A stretch of 64,000 bases of DNA from an uncultured Vicingus sp. (GTDB lineage Bacteria > Bacteroidota > Bacteroidia > Flavobacteriales_E > Vicingaceae), in assembly GCA_964371285.1 (NCBI GenBank), contig CAYJMI010000002.1, positions 880 through 64,879 on the forward strand, given 5' to 3'. Below the pieces are notes generated by a model, which saw only the letters and a program-made list of their open reading frames with translations, was not told the origin of the DNA and did no database searches. The translations under genes and the position numbers were made by a program. Below, piece by piece: positions 38,822 through 46,958 of the stretch. Every line of letters starts with the position of its first letter. The stretch's first letter is position 1.

Positions 38822-39709
38822 ATGAGGAGACCGATATTTGAAAAAGCTCCTGATTATCCTGTCCGTGTAGCAGTTTGTTCTTTATATTCGTTTTTAGAAG
38901 TAGATCCTTTTTCTGTAAAAATTGATGCTGAAAAAATGAAAAAGATTGATTTCATTCTAGAACAATCTAAAGGAGTAAATTTTATATTATTTCCTGAATA
39001 TACTTATTCTGATGTATTACGTCTTAAATTACAGAAGTATTGTGATGATAATGATTGTATTATAATTGCAGGAAGTGGATTGGAAAAAACACCAGAAGAT
39101 ACTTTTTATGCTTATTGTCCTGTTTTTTCTCCAAATAATGAACTAACTAAAGTCTATAAAAAATTTATAACTCCATCTGAAAAAGTTTATGCTGCTAATA
39201 AAATAGTTCCTTACCCTAATGAAACTCAAAGAATAATTAGATTAAATGCAAATTCATTAGACGACTACTGTTTTACTATTTCAGTATATGTATGTTATGA
39301 TTTCATACAAGAAAATAAGAAAGAAAGAACCGATATTATTTTTGTTCCACAATATGAAAAATCTCCACATATGTTTATTAATGAAGGTGATAGGATTTCA
39401 AAAGGAGAGAATTGTTTTGTTTTAGGTGCCAATAATGTAGATAATAATCAAAGAAGCTTAGGATTTGTTGGACTCAACTCTACTATAATTAATGCATTAT
39501 CTAATAAATGTTGGCGTCCATCAAGTTATAATGATGGAGACAAAGAAAAGAAATTTCCTTATCATCATACTATAATATATGATACAACTGGGGAACGAAT
39601 CTTAATTCTTGATATCAATCTTTCAAAGCCCTATTCTCTGTCTCATGATTATAGTGTTAACGAAACGATGCCAGTAGTTATACCAATTAAAATAATTGAA
39701 ATAACTTAA
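38822..39709 (+). CDS. Carbon-nitrogen hydrolase (nitrilase) superfamily protein
   Basis: VRVAVCS first strand; FILFPEY (E59), VYKKFITPSE (K113) and ISVYVCYDFIQE (C158) give a Glu-Lys-Cys triad context and spacing typical of the superfamily. Confidence 0.65.
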   Translation: MRRPIFEKAPDYPVRVAVCSLYSFLEVDPFSVKIDAEKMKKIDFILEQSKGVNFILFPEYTYSDVLRLKLQKYCDDNDCIIIAGSGLEKTPEDTFYAYCPVFSPNNELTKVYKKFITPSEKVYAANKIVPYPNETQRIIRLNANSLDDYCFTISVYVCYDFIQENKKERTDIIFVPQYEKSPHMFINEGDRISKGENCFVLGANNVDNNQRSLGFVGLNSTIINALSNKCWRPSSYNDGDKEKKFPYHHTIIYDTTGERILILDINLSKPYSLSHDYSVNETMPVVIPIKIIEIT

Positions 39710-39714
39710 ACACT

Positions 39715-40932
39715 ATGCAAAAGAATGAAAAAAATAATTTACTTGATTTCTTAGGGCAAGAGAAACCTGTTAATCAATACAAACAGTTTTTTAAAATGCA
39801 TCTAATTAATCTTAGTAATAGACAAGAAATATTAACTAAACTAGTTCATTTATGTAATGAAGTCCGAAAAACTGAACCAAAATTTGTGTTTAGTCCTGAC
39901 CCTGAAAGACACAAATTGGAAGTTAAAATTGATAGTTTTCTCAAAGAAAACTTTGATGATGAAATTATAAAGTTATTCAATAAAGAAATCCCCACTCTCA
40001 AACCAAATAGAAAAGATAATGAATTTGAAGACTCATTTTTATTAGGATTATTAGCAGCAATGTCTGATTCTTTTGAACAACTTAATGAGAAATATAAAAA
40101 AGAATGGAACTATAAAACAAATTTCTTAAATTTTCTTTATGATTGTTTATACCACTATGGTTTGCACCCAAATATATTAATAAGGGATGCTGAAATCAAT
40201 AAATCATTTAATTTAATTATCTACCATAATTATAGAAGTGATACTAAACTTCTAGATTTTAAAATTTTGATGACTTATGAAGAATTTGATAAAAGTTTTA
40301 TCAGTCAATATGTAAAACAAAAGCCAATAAAAATGGGTGGTAAATTAATTCCTTTTGAAAATATACATGAAGTAAAAATCACAACTAGCTTATTAAAAGA
40401 AGATGAAATAGAGTTATTTGCTTTAAAAAATCGATTTTGTTGGACAGAGAATAAAAAAGATTATCTCTCATTTATTAATTGTTCTAAGGATGAAACAGAA
40501 ACATATCATCCTAATCCATTTGATGAAACAACACACAATACTGAATTAAATAAATTTCTTATTGAGGAAATAAAACACTATCTAATATCTTATCCTAAAT
40601 CATTTAAATTATACATGAGTGCCTTAAGTAAATTTAATCAAGGTAATCTTGAAAGAAATGTATTGGATGATTTAAGACTATCGCTTGAATTATTATTAAG
40701 GGAAATATTGAACAATAAAAAATCTTTGGAAAATCAATTATCAGAAGTTGGAAATTATCAAAATAAAAGAGGGGCTACTCGAGAGGCGACTAATATGTTT
40801 CACAAGTTGATAGAGTATTACACTAAATACCATAATAGTTATATTAAACACGATGATTTAGTTCAGAAAAATGAAGTTGAGTTTGTTTTTGATTTAACAG
40901 GAACATTTATTAAATACTTGATTAAAGAATAG
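39715..40932 (+). CDS. Hypothetical protein, third gene of the operon; helical C-terminus with a possible HEPN/DUF4145-like Rx6H
   Basis: 405-aa ORF, 5 nt after the previous stop. LRLSLELLLREIL ... REATNMFH (R356-H363) is only suggestive. Confidence 0.6.
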   Translation: MQKNEKNNLLDFLGQEKPVNQYKQFFKMHLINLSNRQEILTKLVHLCNEVRKTEPKFVFSPDPERHKLEVKIDSFLKENFDDEIIKLFNKEIPTLKPNRKDNEFEDSFLLGLLAAMSDSFEQLNEKYKKEWNYKTNFLNFLYDCLYHYGLHPNILIRDAEINKSFNLIIYHNYRSDTKLLDFKILMTYEEFDKSFISQYVKQKPIKMGGKLIPFENIHEVKITTSLLKEDEIELFALKNRFCWTENKKDYLSFINCSKDETETYHPNPFDETTHNTELNKFLIEEIKHYLISYPKSFKLYMSALSKFNQGNLERNVLDDLRLSLELLLREILNNKKSLENQLSEVGNYQNKRGATREATNMFHKLIEYYTKYHNSYIKHDDLVQKNEVEFVFDLTGTFIKYLIKE

Positions 40933-41008
40933 ATTGTTAAATCACAACCGACTAATTAAGATTAGAGAAAAATGTATTGAAAATTAATACCTTTTTAATT
41001 GAAAGTTA

Positions 41009-41785
41009 CTATATCTTACTAGAATAATATTCTTTAAACCAGTCAGGAACAATGTCTTTATCAATTACATCCCAATTCTTAATGTTATCTTTATCCAGTT
41101 TAAAATGAGCAAATAATGATTGTTTACCATCGCCATCTTCCGAATTGTCAAAATAAAATGCCTGATAAGCATATTGAGATGCTTCATGAAGTAAATCCAT
41201 TGAACGATAATACCTATCGGTTATTTTATCTTTAGGGACATCATGACCACCTTGTTTAACTCTTACTTCAACACGGTATTGATTAATGGCAGGTGATTTA
41301 GTTGAAATAAAGTATAAATAAACTTTATATCCAGCTCTCACAGCCTCTTTCATAATATCAACTTTGCTAGGATGTGAAAAAACCGTTTCAAAAGAGAATT
41401 TTTTTCGCTCTGCTAATAATTTTTTTCTTAACACATGTGCAATTATTTGTGCTAAATGCTCATCTGCCTTTGGTTCTACCAAATGAATTGTATTTTCTGT
41501 AAGTTTAAATGACGATTTGAATAGTTTTTCATTAAAACTATTCCCAACTAATCCTGAATCCAAGGCAATCCTTACAAACTCTTCTTCTTGAAGATTTATC
41601 TTGTATTTTCTAAAGGAACATTTGCCTTTTCTCAGTTCTTTAGCAATTAAATCAGCATTTACATAAATACCAAAATCTATAGGCACATTATTTACTTTAT
41701 GGTTTCGTACTTTGTTAATGATGGTGCTTTTCCCAGATCCATTTGGACCGGCAAAAACCCTCATTCTTAATGTTCCGTTAGTCAA
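41009..41785 (-). CDS. Zeta-toxin-like P-loop kinase family protein
   Basis: VFAGPNGSGKSTI Walker A; GGHDVPKDKITDRYYRSMDLL signature of the zeta/COG4185 family. Confidence 0.75.
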   Translation of the reverse strand: MTNGTLRMRVFAGPNGSGKSTIINKVRNHKVNNVPIDFGIYVNADLIAKELRKGKCSFRKYKINLQEEEFVRIALDSGLVGNSFNEKLFKSSFKLTENTIHLVEPKADEHLAQIIAHVLRKKLLAERKKFSFETVFSHPSKVDIMKEAVRAGYKVYLYFISTKSPAINQYRVEVRVKQGGHDVPKDKITDRYYRSMDLLHEASQYAYQAFYFDNSEDGDGKQSLFAHFKLDKDNIKNWDVIDKDIVPDWFKEYYSSKI

Positions 41786-41999
41786 GGATTAGTTTTTGAT
41801 TTTTGTTATTCGCTTCAATTTTTTCAATCTTCTCAACTGTTCCATCTTGGTATTCTTTGACTACCCACCCTTCTCTGGCGACAACAATATAACCCAAAAG
41901 TTCCATAGCTTTTTCTGAGGCTTCTTGGAAAGCTTCTGTTGATTTACGTATTAGAATACGTTTAGTGAAATACGACTTATTTTTTTTCGAATCATTCAT
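41778..41999 (-). CDS. Small protein upstream of and overlapping the zeta-like toxin, putative antitoxin
   Basis: 73 aa with an 8-nt overlap with the toxin gene. Assigned by position only. Confidence 0.45.
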   Translation of the reverse strand: MNDSKKNKSYFTKRILIRKSTEAFQEASEKAMELLGYIVVAREGWVVKEYQDGTVEKIEKIEANNKNQKLILD

Positions 42000-42085
42000 A
42001 TTACCCCAAAGTTACGAAAATATGTATATAAATGTTGCAAAAAACTATTATCTCCCCTCCTACTCTCATTCTGAAAATACACTAA

Positions 42086-42307
42086 TCAAATTTGTTTTTC
42101 AATCCTATCTATTAAATACGATGCTGAAACACCTAAAGCTTTGGAAATACTAAAAATGGTTGTTAATGATGGTTGTAATTTACCGTTTTCCATTTTGGAA
42201 ATAAAAGTAACATCCAGATTACTTAATTCAGCTAATTTTTCTTGAGTAAATCCTTTCTCAATTCTCAGACTTTTAAGTGTATTACCAAATGCGATTTTTA
42301 ATTCCAT
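42086..42307 (-). CDS. XRE-family helix-turn-helix regulator
   Basis: LKSLRIEKGFTQEKLAELSNLDVTFISKMENGK is a classic Cro/C1 HTH. Confidence 0.8.
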   Translation of the reverse strand: MELKIAFGNTLKSLRIEKGFTQEKLAELSNLDVTFISKMENGKLQPSLTTIFSISKALGVSASYLIDRIEKQI

Positions 42308-42385
42308 TGTTTTTGTAAAACACGAAATGTAGTTTACTTAGTAATTTTACACCATAGACTATAGTCATAGTTTTAATAAATTTCC

Positions 42386-42393
42386 TACCTTTG
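42386..42393 (+). promoter_or_regulatory. Bacteroidota -7 promoter box TAccTTTG
   Basis: 18 nt upstream of the ATG at 42412. The track ORF start (TTG at 42391) is the TTG of this box. Confidence 0.4.
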
Positions 42394-43041
42394 ATTTATA
42401 ATAACACGGATATGGAAAAACAAATTAAAGTAACCGAACGAGCCATTAATCGTGAAAAAAAGAATACAGATAATTTGCAGAAATTATTAATGAATATAAA
42501 AGAAATTATATCAAAAAATCACCCCGATTTTATTTGTAGAACAAATGAAATCAAAGGTCGTTCTTTGGTTCCTAATAATACCTATACATTTTGTTGGTCA
42601 GGTGATAACATTCCAAATGAATTCTTAAATACCGAGTTGGAAACCTTTGGGTACATTTGTTTTGGGTTTGAAGGAAAATCTGTTATAGAGGAAATACCTA
42701 GAATCTATAATCTCGGATGTTCTTCTTTGATTATAGATAAAATAGACGACGATAAAGTTAATAATTCAGGTGGCTTATATTGTTTAATCAATTTTAACCT
42801 CTTACCTAGTGAGTTTATTAATAAAAATGGTTCTGATGAACTAATGAATACTAAATATGATGCTTTTGAGATAGAATTTTACCAGTTAATTAAACCATTC
42901 TTAAAAAGTGGTATAGATGTATCTTTGCCAGAAGTTAATTCATTAAGTTTTGACGATTACCTCTCCATTTTTAAATCCATCTTGCTTGATAAAGACAACA
43001 AAAACATACTAACACAAACAGGACTATTTGACAACAAATAA
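42391..43041 (+). CDS. Hypothetical protein (likely true start ATG 42412)
   Basis: Long ORF, divergent from the XRE regulator, with no recognisable motif. Confidence 0.55.
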   Translation: MIYNNTDMEKQIKVTERAINREKKNTDNLQKLLMNIKEIISKNHPDFICRTNEIKGRSLVPNNTYTFCWSGDNIPNEFLNTELETFGYICFGFEGKSVIEEIPRIYNLGCSSLIIDKIDDDKVNNSGGLYCLINFNLLPSEFINKNGSDELMNTKYDAFEIEFYQLIKPFLKSGIDVSLPEVNSLSFDDYLSIFKSILLDKDNKNILTQTGLFDNK

Positions 43042-43053
43042 TTAAGTAATAAA

Positions 43054-43290
43054 ATGAGTACTATAGAGATAAATCCAAATCTAACTATCCTTTATGATAA
43101 AGGAACGGATGTTTTTGGAAGCCTAAAAAAATTTACTAAATGGCTTTTAGAAGACAACATTGCATTAGAAAACAAAAAACCAATTGATGTTATTAAAACA
43201 GAAGAAGGTTATAAAACAGTAATGACTGAACTGATGCGTATTAAAGAGGCTGCGTTTGTTGATTTGGGAGTACTAAAGTCCGACAAATAA
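43054..43290 (+). CDS. DUF2384-like (Xre/MbcA/ParS antitoxin toxin-binding domain) small protein
   Basis: DVFGSLKKFTKWLLEDNIALENKKPIDVIKTEEGYKTVMTELMRIKEAAFV follows the F-G..a..WL...N.aL....P.d...T..G...V...L.RI pattern I recall for this domain. Confidence 0.5.
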   Translation: MSTIEINPNLTILYDKGTDVFGSLKKFTKWLLEDNIALENKKPIDVIKTEEGYKTVMTELMRIKEAAFVDLGVLKSDK

Positions 43291-43329
43291 ATATTCACAC
43301 AAAATTGATTTAGAAACATTATTTAGTTT

Positions 43330-44076
43330 ATGAAAATCCAATACGCATCAGACCTTCATCTTGAATTTCCACAAAACAGAAACTGGATTGCTCAATATCC
43401 AATCATACCTGTAGGAGATGTTTTAATCCTAAATGGAGACATTACCATTTTAAGAAAAGGCTTTGAAAATGACTCTTTCTTTGATTTTGTTTCTGAGAAT
43501 TTTAAGCAAACCTACATTATCCCAGGTAATCACGAATTTTATGGAGGTTATGACATGAGAAATGTTTTGGAGTTAAATCTTGATATACGCCACAATGTTA
43601 AACTTTTAAATAACCAAACGATTAATTTTGGTTCAACAAAAATTATTTTCACTACTTTGTGGACACACATTAGCAATAGTTTAATTGAGAATTATTTAAA
43701 CGATTTCCATAAATCCTATTATAAAAACACCCGACTAAATACAAAAAATTACAACCTACTCCACCAAGAATGTGTTGCATTTTTAGAAAAGGAATTAGCG
43801 AATAACAACTCCGAAAAAACAATTGTGGTTTCTCATCATATCCCTACTGAAAAAGCCAATGGTTTTGTTGGTGGTGACCCAATAATGGGTCAAGCTTTTG
43901 TGGTTAATTTAGAATCTTTATTAGAGAAATACTCCATAGATTATTGGATATATGGTCACTCTCATAGAAATAAAGATTGTGAAGATTTTGGAATACAATT
44001 TAAAAGTAACCAGTTGGGATATGTACACTGGGATGAACATAAAGATTTTAATAGAGAAGCCCTAATCGAAATCTAA
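43330..44076 (+). CDS. Metallophosphoesterase (calcineurin-like)
   Basis: ASDLHLEF, LNGDIT, PGNHEFYGG, VVSHH, YGHSH metal-ligand motifs in canonical order. Confidence 0.8.
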   Translation: MKIQYASDLHLEFPQNRNWIAQYPIIPVGDVLILNGDITILRKGFENDSFFDFVSENFKQTYIIPGNHEFYGGYDMRNVLELNLDIRHNVKLLNNQTINFGSTKIIFTTLWTHISNSLIENYLNDFHKSYYKNTRLNTKNYNLLHQECVAFLEKELANNNSEKTIVVSHHIPTEKANGFVGGDPIMGQAFVVNLESLLEKYSIDYWIYGHSHRNKDCEDFGIQFKSNQLGYVHWDEHKDFNREALIEI

Positions 44077-44083
44077 TGTACTT

Positions 44084-44260
44084 ATGAAAACACCGAATAA
44101 AAAAAGTTTGTTCGAAATTAAACTTGATGAACTTAAAACTAATAAAGAAAACGTCTATGCTTTGATGCAACAACAAGCATCCGACCCTGAAACCATTGCT
44201 TACTATGAGCAACAAGCAAAAGAGTTGGGCGATATTGATATTGAAATTCTAGAAGACTAA
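44084..44260 (+). CDS. 58-aa acidic helical protein, unannotated (below track cutoff)
   Basis: Hand translation MKTPNKKSLFEIKLDELKTNKENVYALMQQQASDPETIAYYEQQAKELGDIDIEILED*. It fills the gap between same-strand genes. Confidence 0.3.
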   Translation: MKTPNKKSLFEIKLDELKTNKENVYALMQQQASDPETIAYYEQQAKELGDIDIEILED

Positions 44261-44286
44261 ATGTTTATAGTTTTAAAGCAATAACC

Positions 44287-45060
44287 ATGAGCTATACCAC
44301 CATAAAAAATAAAAAGCAATATCAGGAGTATTCCGATAAGGTTATAGAGTTGGCTTCAAAAAAACCTACTAAGGAGATTGAAGATGAAATGGAATTGTTG
44401 GAACTCCTTATTGATAACTATGAAAGTAAGATTTACGCTACTGAAACGAAAGACCCTATTGTGTTGTTAAAAAGCTTGATGGAAGTCCATCAGCTTAAGA
44501 GTGTTGATTTAGTTAATATTTTAGGAATTCAGCGAAGTGCTGTAAGCCAAATATTATCCTACAAAAAAGGGCTTTCTAAAGATGTTATCCGCAAACTATC
44601 TGAACACTTTAAATTATCTCAAGAGGCATTTAATAGAAGCTATGAACTTTTATCACGTTCAAATCAAAGAAATATTTCCAAAAAGAAAAAAGAAACAACT
44701 TATTTACTTAGCAACCCTAATAATGCTAAAGCCTTAGAAGAAAGCAAACAAGAGATTGAACAAGGGGAAACCATTCGATACAAACTATTGGAACTAAAGA
44801 AAAAGATTGGTAACAAGGGATTAGTAAAAAAATACCTGGTTAAATCAACCTTTTGGGATGCCGAATTTGAGAGTTTAGATCTTGAAAAAGATAAAGGCTA
44901 TATTATTTCAAGAATTGCTGAAAGAGGAACAGATATTGAAGTGAATTTTATCATATCTTATTATCCAAAAGAAGATGTTCTTTTTGTCGTAAACAACTCT
45001 CCTGAAATAACACCAAAAACAAAAAATTACTTCAATACCATTGTTTACGAAAGCTGCTGA
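44287..45060 (+). CDS. HigA-like HTH antitoxin-type N-terminus fused to a DUF6922-like C-terminal domain
   Basis: The N-terminus (IKNKKQYQEYSDKVIEL...LLELLIDNYE...LKSVDLVNILGIQRSAVSQILSYKKGLS) matches the HigA/YddM layout. The C-terminus has STFWDAEFESLDLEKDKGYIISRIAERG. Confidence 0.6.
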   Translation: MSYTTIKNKKQYQEYSDKVIELASKKPTKEIEDEMELLELLIDNYESKIYATETKDPIVLLKSLMEVHQLKSVDLVNILGIQRSAVSQILSYKKGLSKDVIRKLSEHFKLSQEAFNRSYELLSRSNQRNISKKKKETTYLLSNPNNAKALEESKQEIEQGETIRYKLLELKKKIGNKGLVKKYLVKSTFWDAEFESLDLEKDKGYIISRIAERGTDIEVNFIISYYPKEDVLFVVNNSPEITPKTKNYFNTIVYESC

Positions 45061-45100
45061 CTATTTAAAGTTTATATCAGTAACTTCGCTGCTCAATTAA

Positions 45101-45817
45101 ATGAGTAGAATTTTAGCCATATCAGACATTCACGGTTGCGGAAAAACATTTATAAAACTGCTACAACAAATCAAATTCAACAAAACAGACAAACTTTATT
45201 TGCTTGGCGATTTTGTTGATAGAGGAACAAACACCAAACTATTAATCGACCACATTTTAAAATTTAAGGCAGAGGGACATTTAATTGAAAAATTAATGGG
45301 AAACCATGAGGAATTGATGTTAAACAGTGTTAACTCCAATTCAGACCATGAAAGATGGTTGAGAAATGGTGGAAAAGAAACGCTTAAAAGTTTTGGAGTA
45401 ACCAACTACAACGAATTGGAGCAGCAATACAAGTTGTTCTTTAAATCCATGCTGCTTAAAGCTGAAGTGGATAATTATATCTTTGTTCATGCAGGAATAA
45501 ACAACCTTCAGTTTAAAGACCCGTTTTTACCAAGTGTGGTTTTGTGGACCAGGAATTGGTATGAGTTTTTGGATTACAAATGGTTAGGAAACCGTTATGT
45601 AATTCACGGTCATACGGCACAAACACAACTCGATATTGAAATTCAGTTTCACAACTTTGAAGAAAAAAGGGTGCTTAATATTGATGCAGGTTGTTGTTAC
45701 ACCAAAACTTATTTGTTAAAATCAGAAAGTCAGAACACTAAACCAGAATTAGGAAAACTTTGTTGTGTCGATTTAACTAACCGAAAAATATATTTTGAAG
45801 ATAACTGCGAACTTTAG
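45101..45817 (+). CDS. PPP-family metallophosphoesterase (Ser/Thr phosphatase / ApaH-like)
   Basis: ISDIHGC, LGDFVDRG, GNHE, VHAG, HGHT motifs. Confidence 0.8.
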   Translation: MSRILAISDIHGCGKTFIKLLQQIKFNKTDKLYLLGDFVDRGTNTKLLIDHILKFKAEGHLIEKLMGNHEELMLNSVNSNSDHERWLRNGGKETLKSFGVTNYNELEQQYKLFFKSMLLKAEVDNYIFVHAGINNLQFKDPFLPSVVLWTRNWYEFLDYKWLGNRYVIHGHTAQTQLDIEIQFHNFEEKRVLNIDAGCCYTKTYLLKSESQNTKPELGKLCCVDLTNRKIYFEDNCEL

Positions 45818-45901
45818 CTCAATTGGAATATGTTTCTGGCGAAAAAAGCTTTTTTAATCCTGATTTGCTACTAGTTATAGGGTAGAGATATAAAAAACTT
45901 C

Positions 45902-46765
45902 TTATTTACCAAAACCATTATCTTTAAATGGATTAGGTTTGTTTTTCATAACTTGATAATGTTTCTGTTCATTAGTTTTATTCCCCATCACTATATCCTT
46001 CATATCCTTTTGAATCTTCTTAATCTCATCTTCAGCTTCTAGCTTTGTAATCTCATTCAGACTTACCATAACCTTTAATTCATTTATTTTATCAGTGTAT
46101 GGTGCTAATAAGTGACTGGTATATTTCATATAACTCTTTTTTCTCTCCGAAACAGGCACCCCTCTTTTCAATACAATCGGCACATCAGCATTGTTTCCAT
46201 AACTTTCAACCTTTAAACGTATATATTCATTATAATCCGTTTGCAGTTTTTCTAAATCTTTTTTTAAACACCTAACATTTCTACGTTTAATTACATTAAC
46301 CCCTTCTCCATTTTGGTTTTTCCACTTTTGTTCTTTTCTGATGATTTCACCCATCACAATAATATGCATGTGGGGATTGTTTTCGTCATTATGTATTACT
46401 TTAGAAACGATATTATGTTCTCCATGTTTCTCTTCTATAAACTTTGAGGCGAAAATCAGGAAAGAATCACTATAGTAGTAATAATCATAAAATTCCTTTC
46501 TTCTCTCACCCACTAAACCTATAATATATTCAGCTCCAATATTTGCATTAGTTGTTTCTTTCAATTCTTCTTTTTCACCAACTTCATCAAAAATCTGAAG
46601 TAGTGTTTTATTTTCTAAATCTGAATATTTATTCAATTCCATCTTATCTGAATTAATATTTGCTGGAATATTATTTTCAGCATATTCTCGATAATTATGC
46701 TCTTGTATTTTCCCCATATCACTTCTTGATATGGGTCTAAATCTAATCAATCCTGTTACACTCAT
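45902..46765 (-). CDS. MobV-family (Mob/Pre) plasmid mobilisation relaxase
   Basis: N-terminal IQEHNYRE...NINSDKMELN and the HxDE..PHxH signature VIHNDENNPHMHIIV. Confidence 0.75.
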   Translation of the reverse strand: MSVTGLIRFRPISRSDMGKIQEHNYREYAENNIPANINSDKMELNKYSDLENKTLLQIFDEVGEKEELKETTNANIGAEYIIGLVGERRKEFYDYYYYSDSFLIFASKFIEEKHGEHNIVSKVIHNDENNPHMHIIVMGEIIRKEQKWKNQNGEGVNVIKRRNVRCLKKDLEKLQTDYNEYIRLKVESYGNNADVPIVLKRGVPVSERKKSYMKYTSHLLAPYTDKINELKVMVSLNEITKLEAEDEIKKIQKDMKDIVMGNKTNEQKHYQVMKNKPNPFKDNGFGK

Positions 46766-46824
46766 ATATATAATTTTTAACCTCGTAGAGCTCGTTCACA
46801 AATAGGCAGAATCTTGAAAAGTTC

Positions 46825-46857
46825 GCCTTTTGTTAACGAGTTACCATAACAAAAGGC
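46825..46857. other. oriT-like hairpin upstream of the relaxase gene
   Basis: Perfect 11-bp inverted repeat gccttttgtta / taacaaaaggc with an 11-nt loop, 60-90 bp upstream of the mob start. Confidence 0.4.
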
Positions 46858-46958
46858 AAAAATAATTTTATCTCTTTTAAAATTACCTTTTTTTCCTATA
46901 GCCTTTCTGCTATGAAAAAAAGAAATTAACGCCGTATTTTTTAAAGACAATTTTTGCA

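Noticed and set aside
45842-45855. AAAAAAGCTTTTTT palindrome between convergent genes as a bidirectional terminator
   Set aside because: The stem would be almost entirely A-T with essentially no loop, so it is not a credible hairpin.
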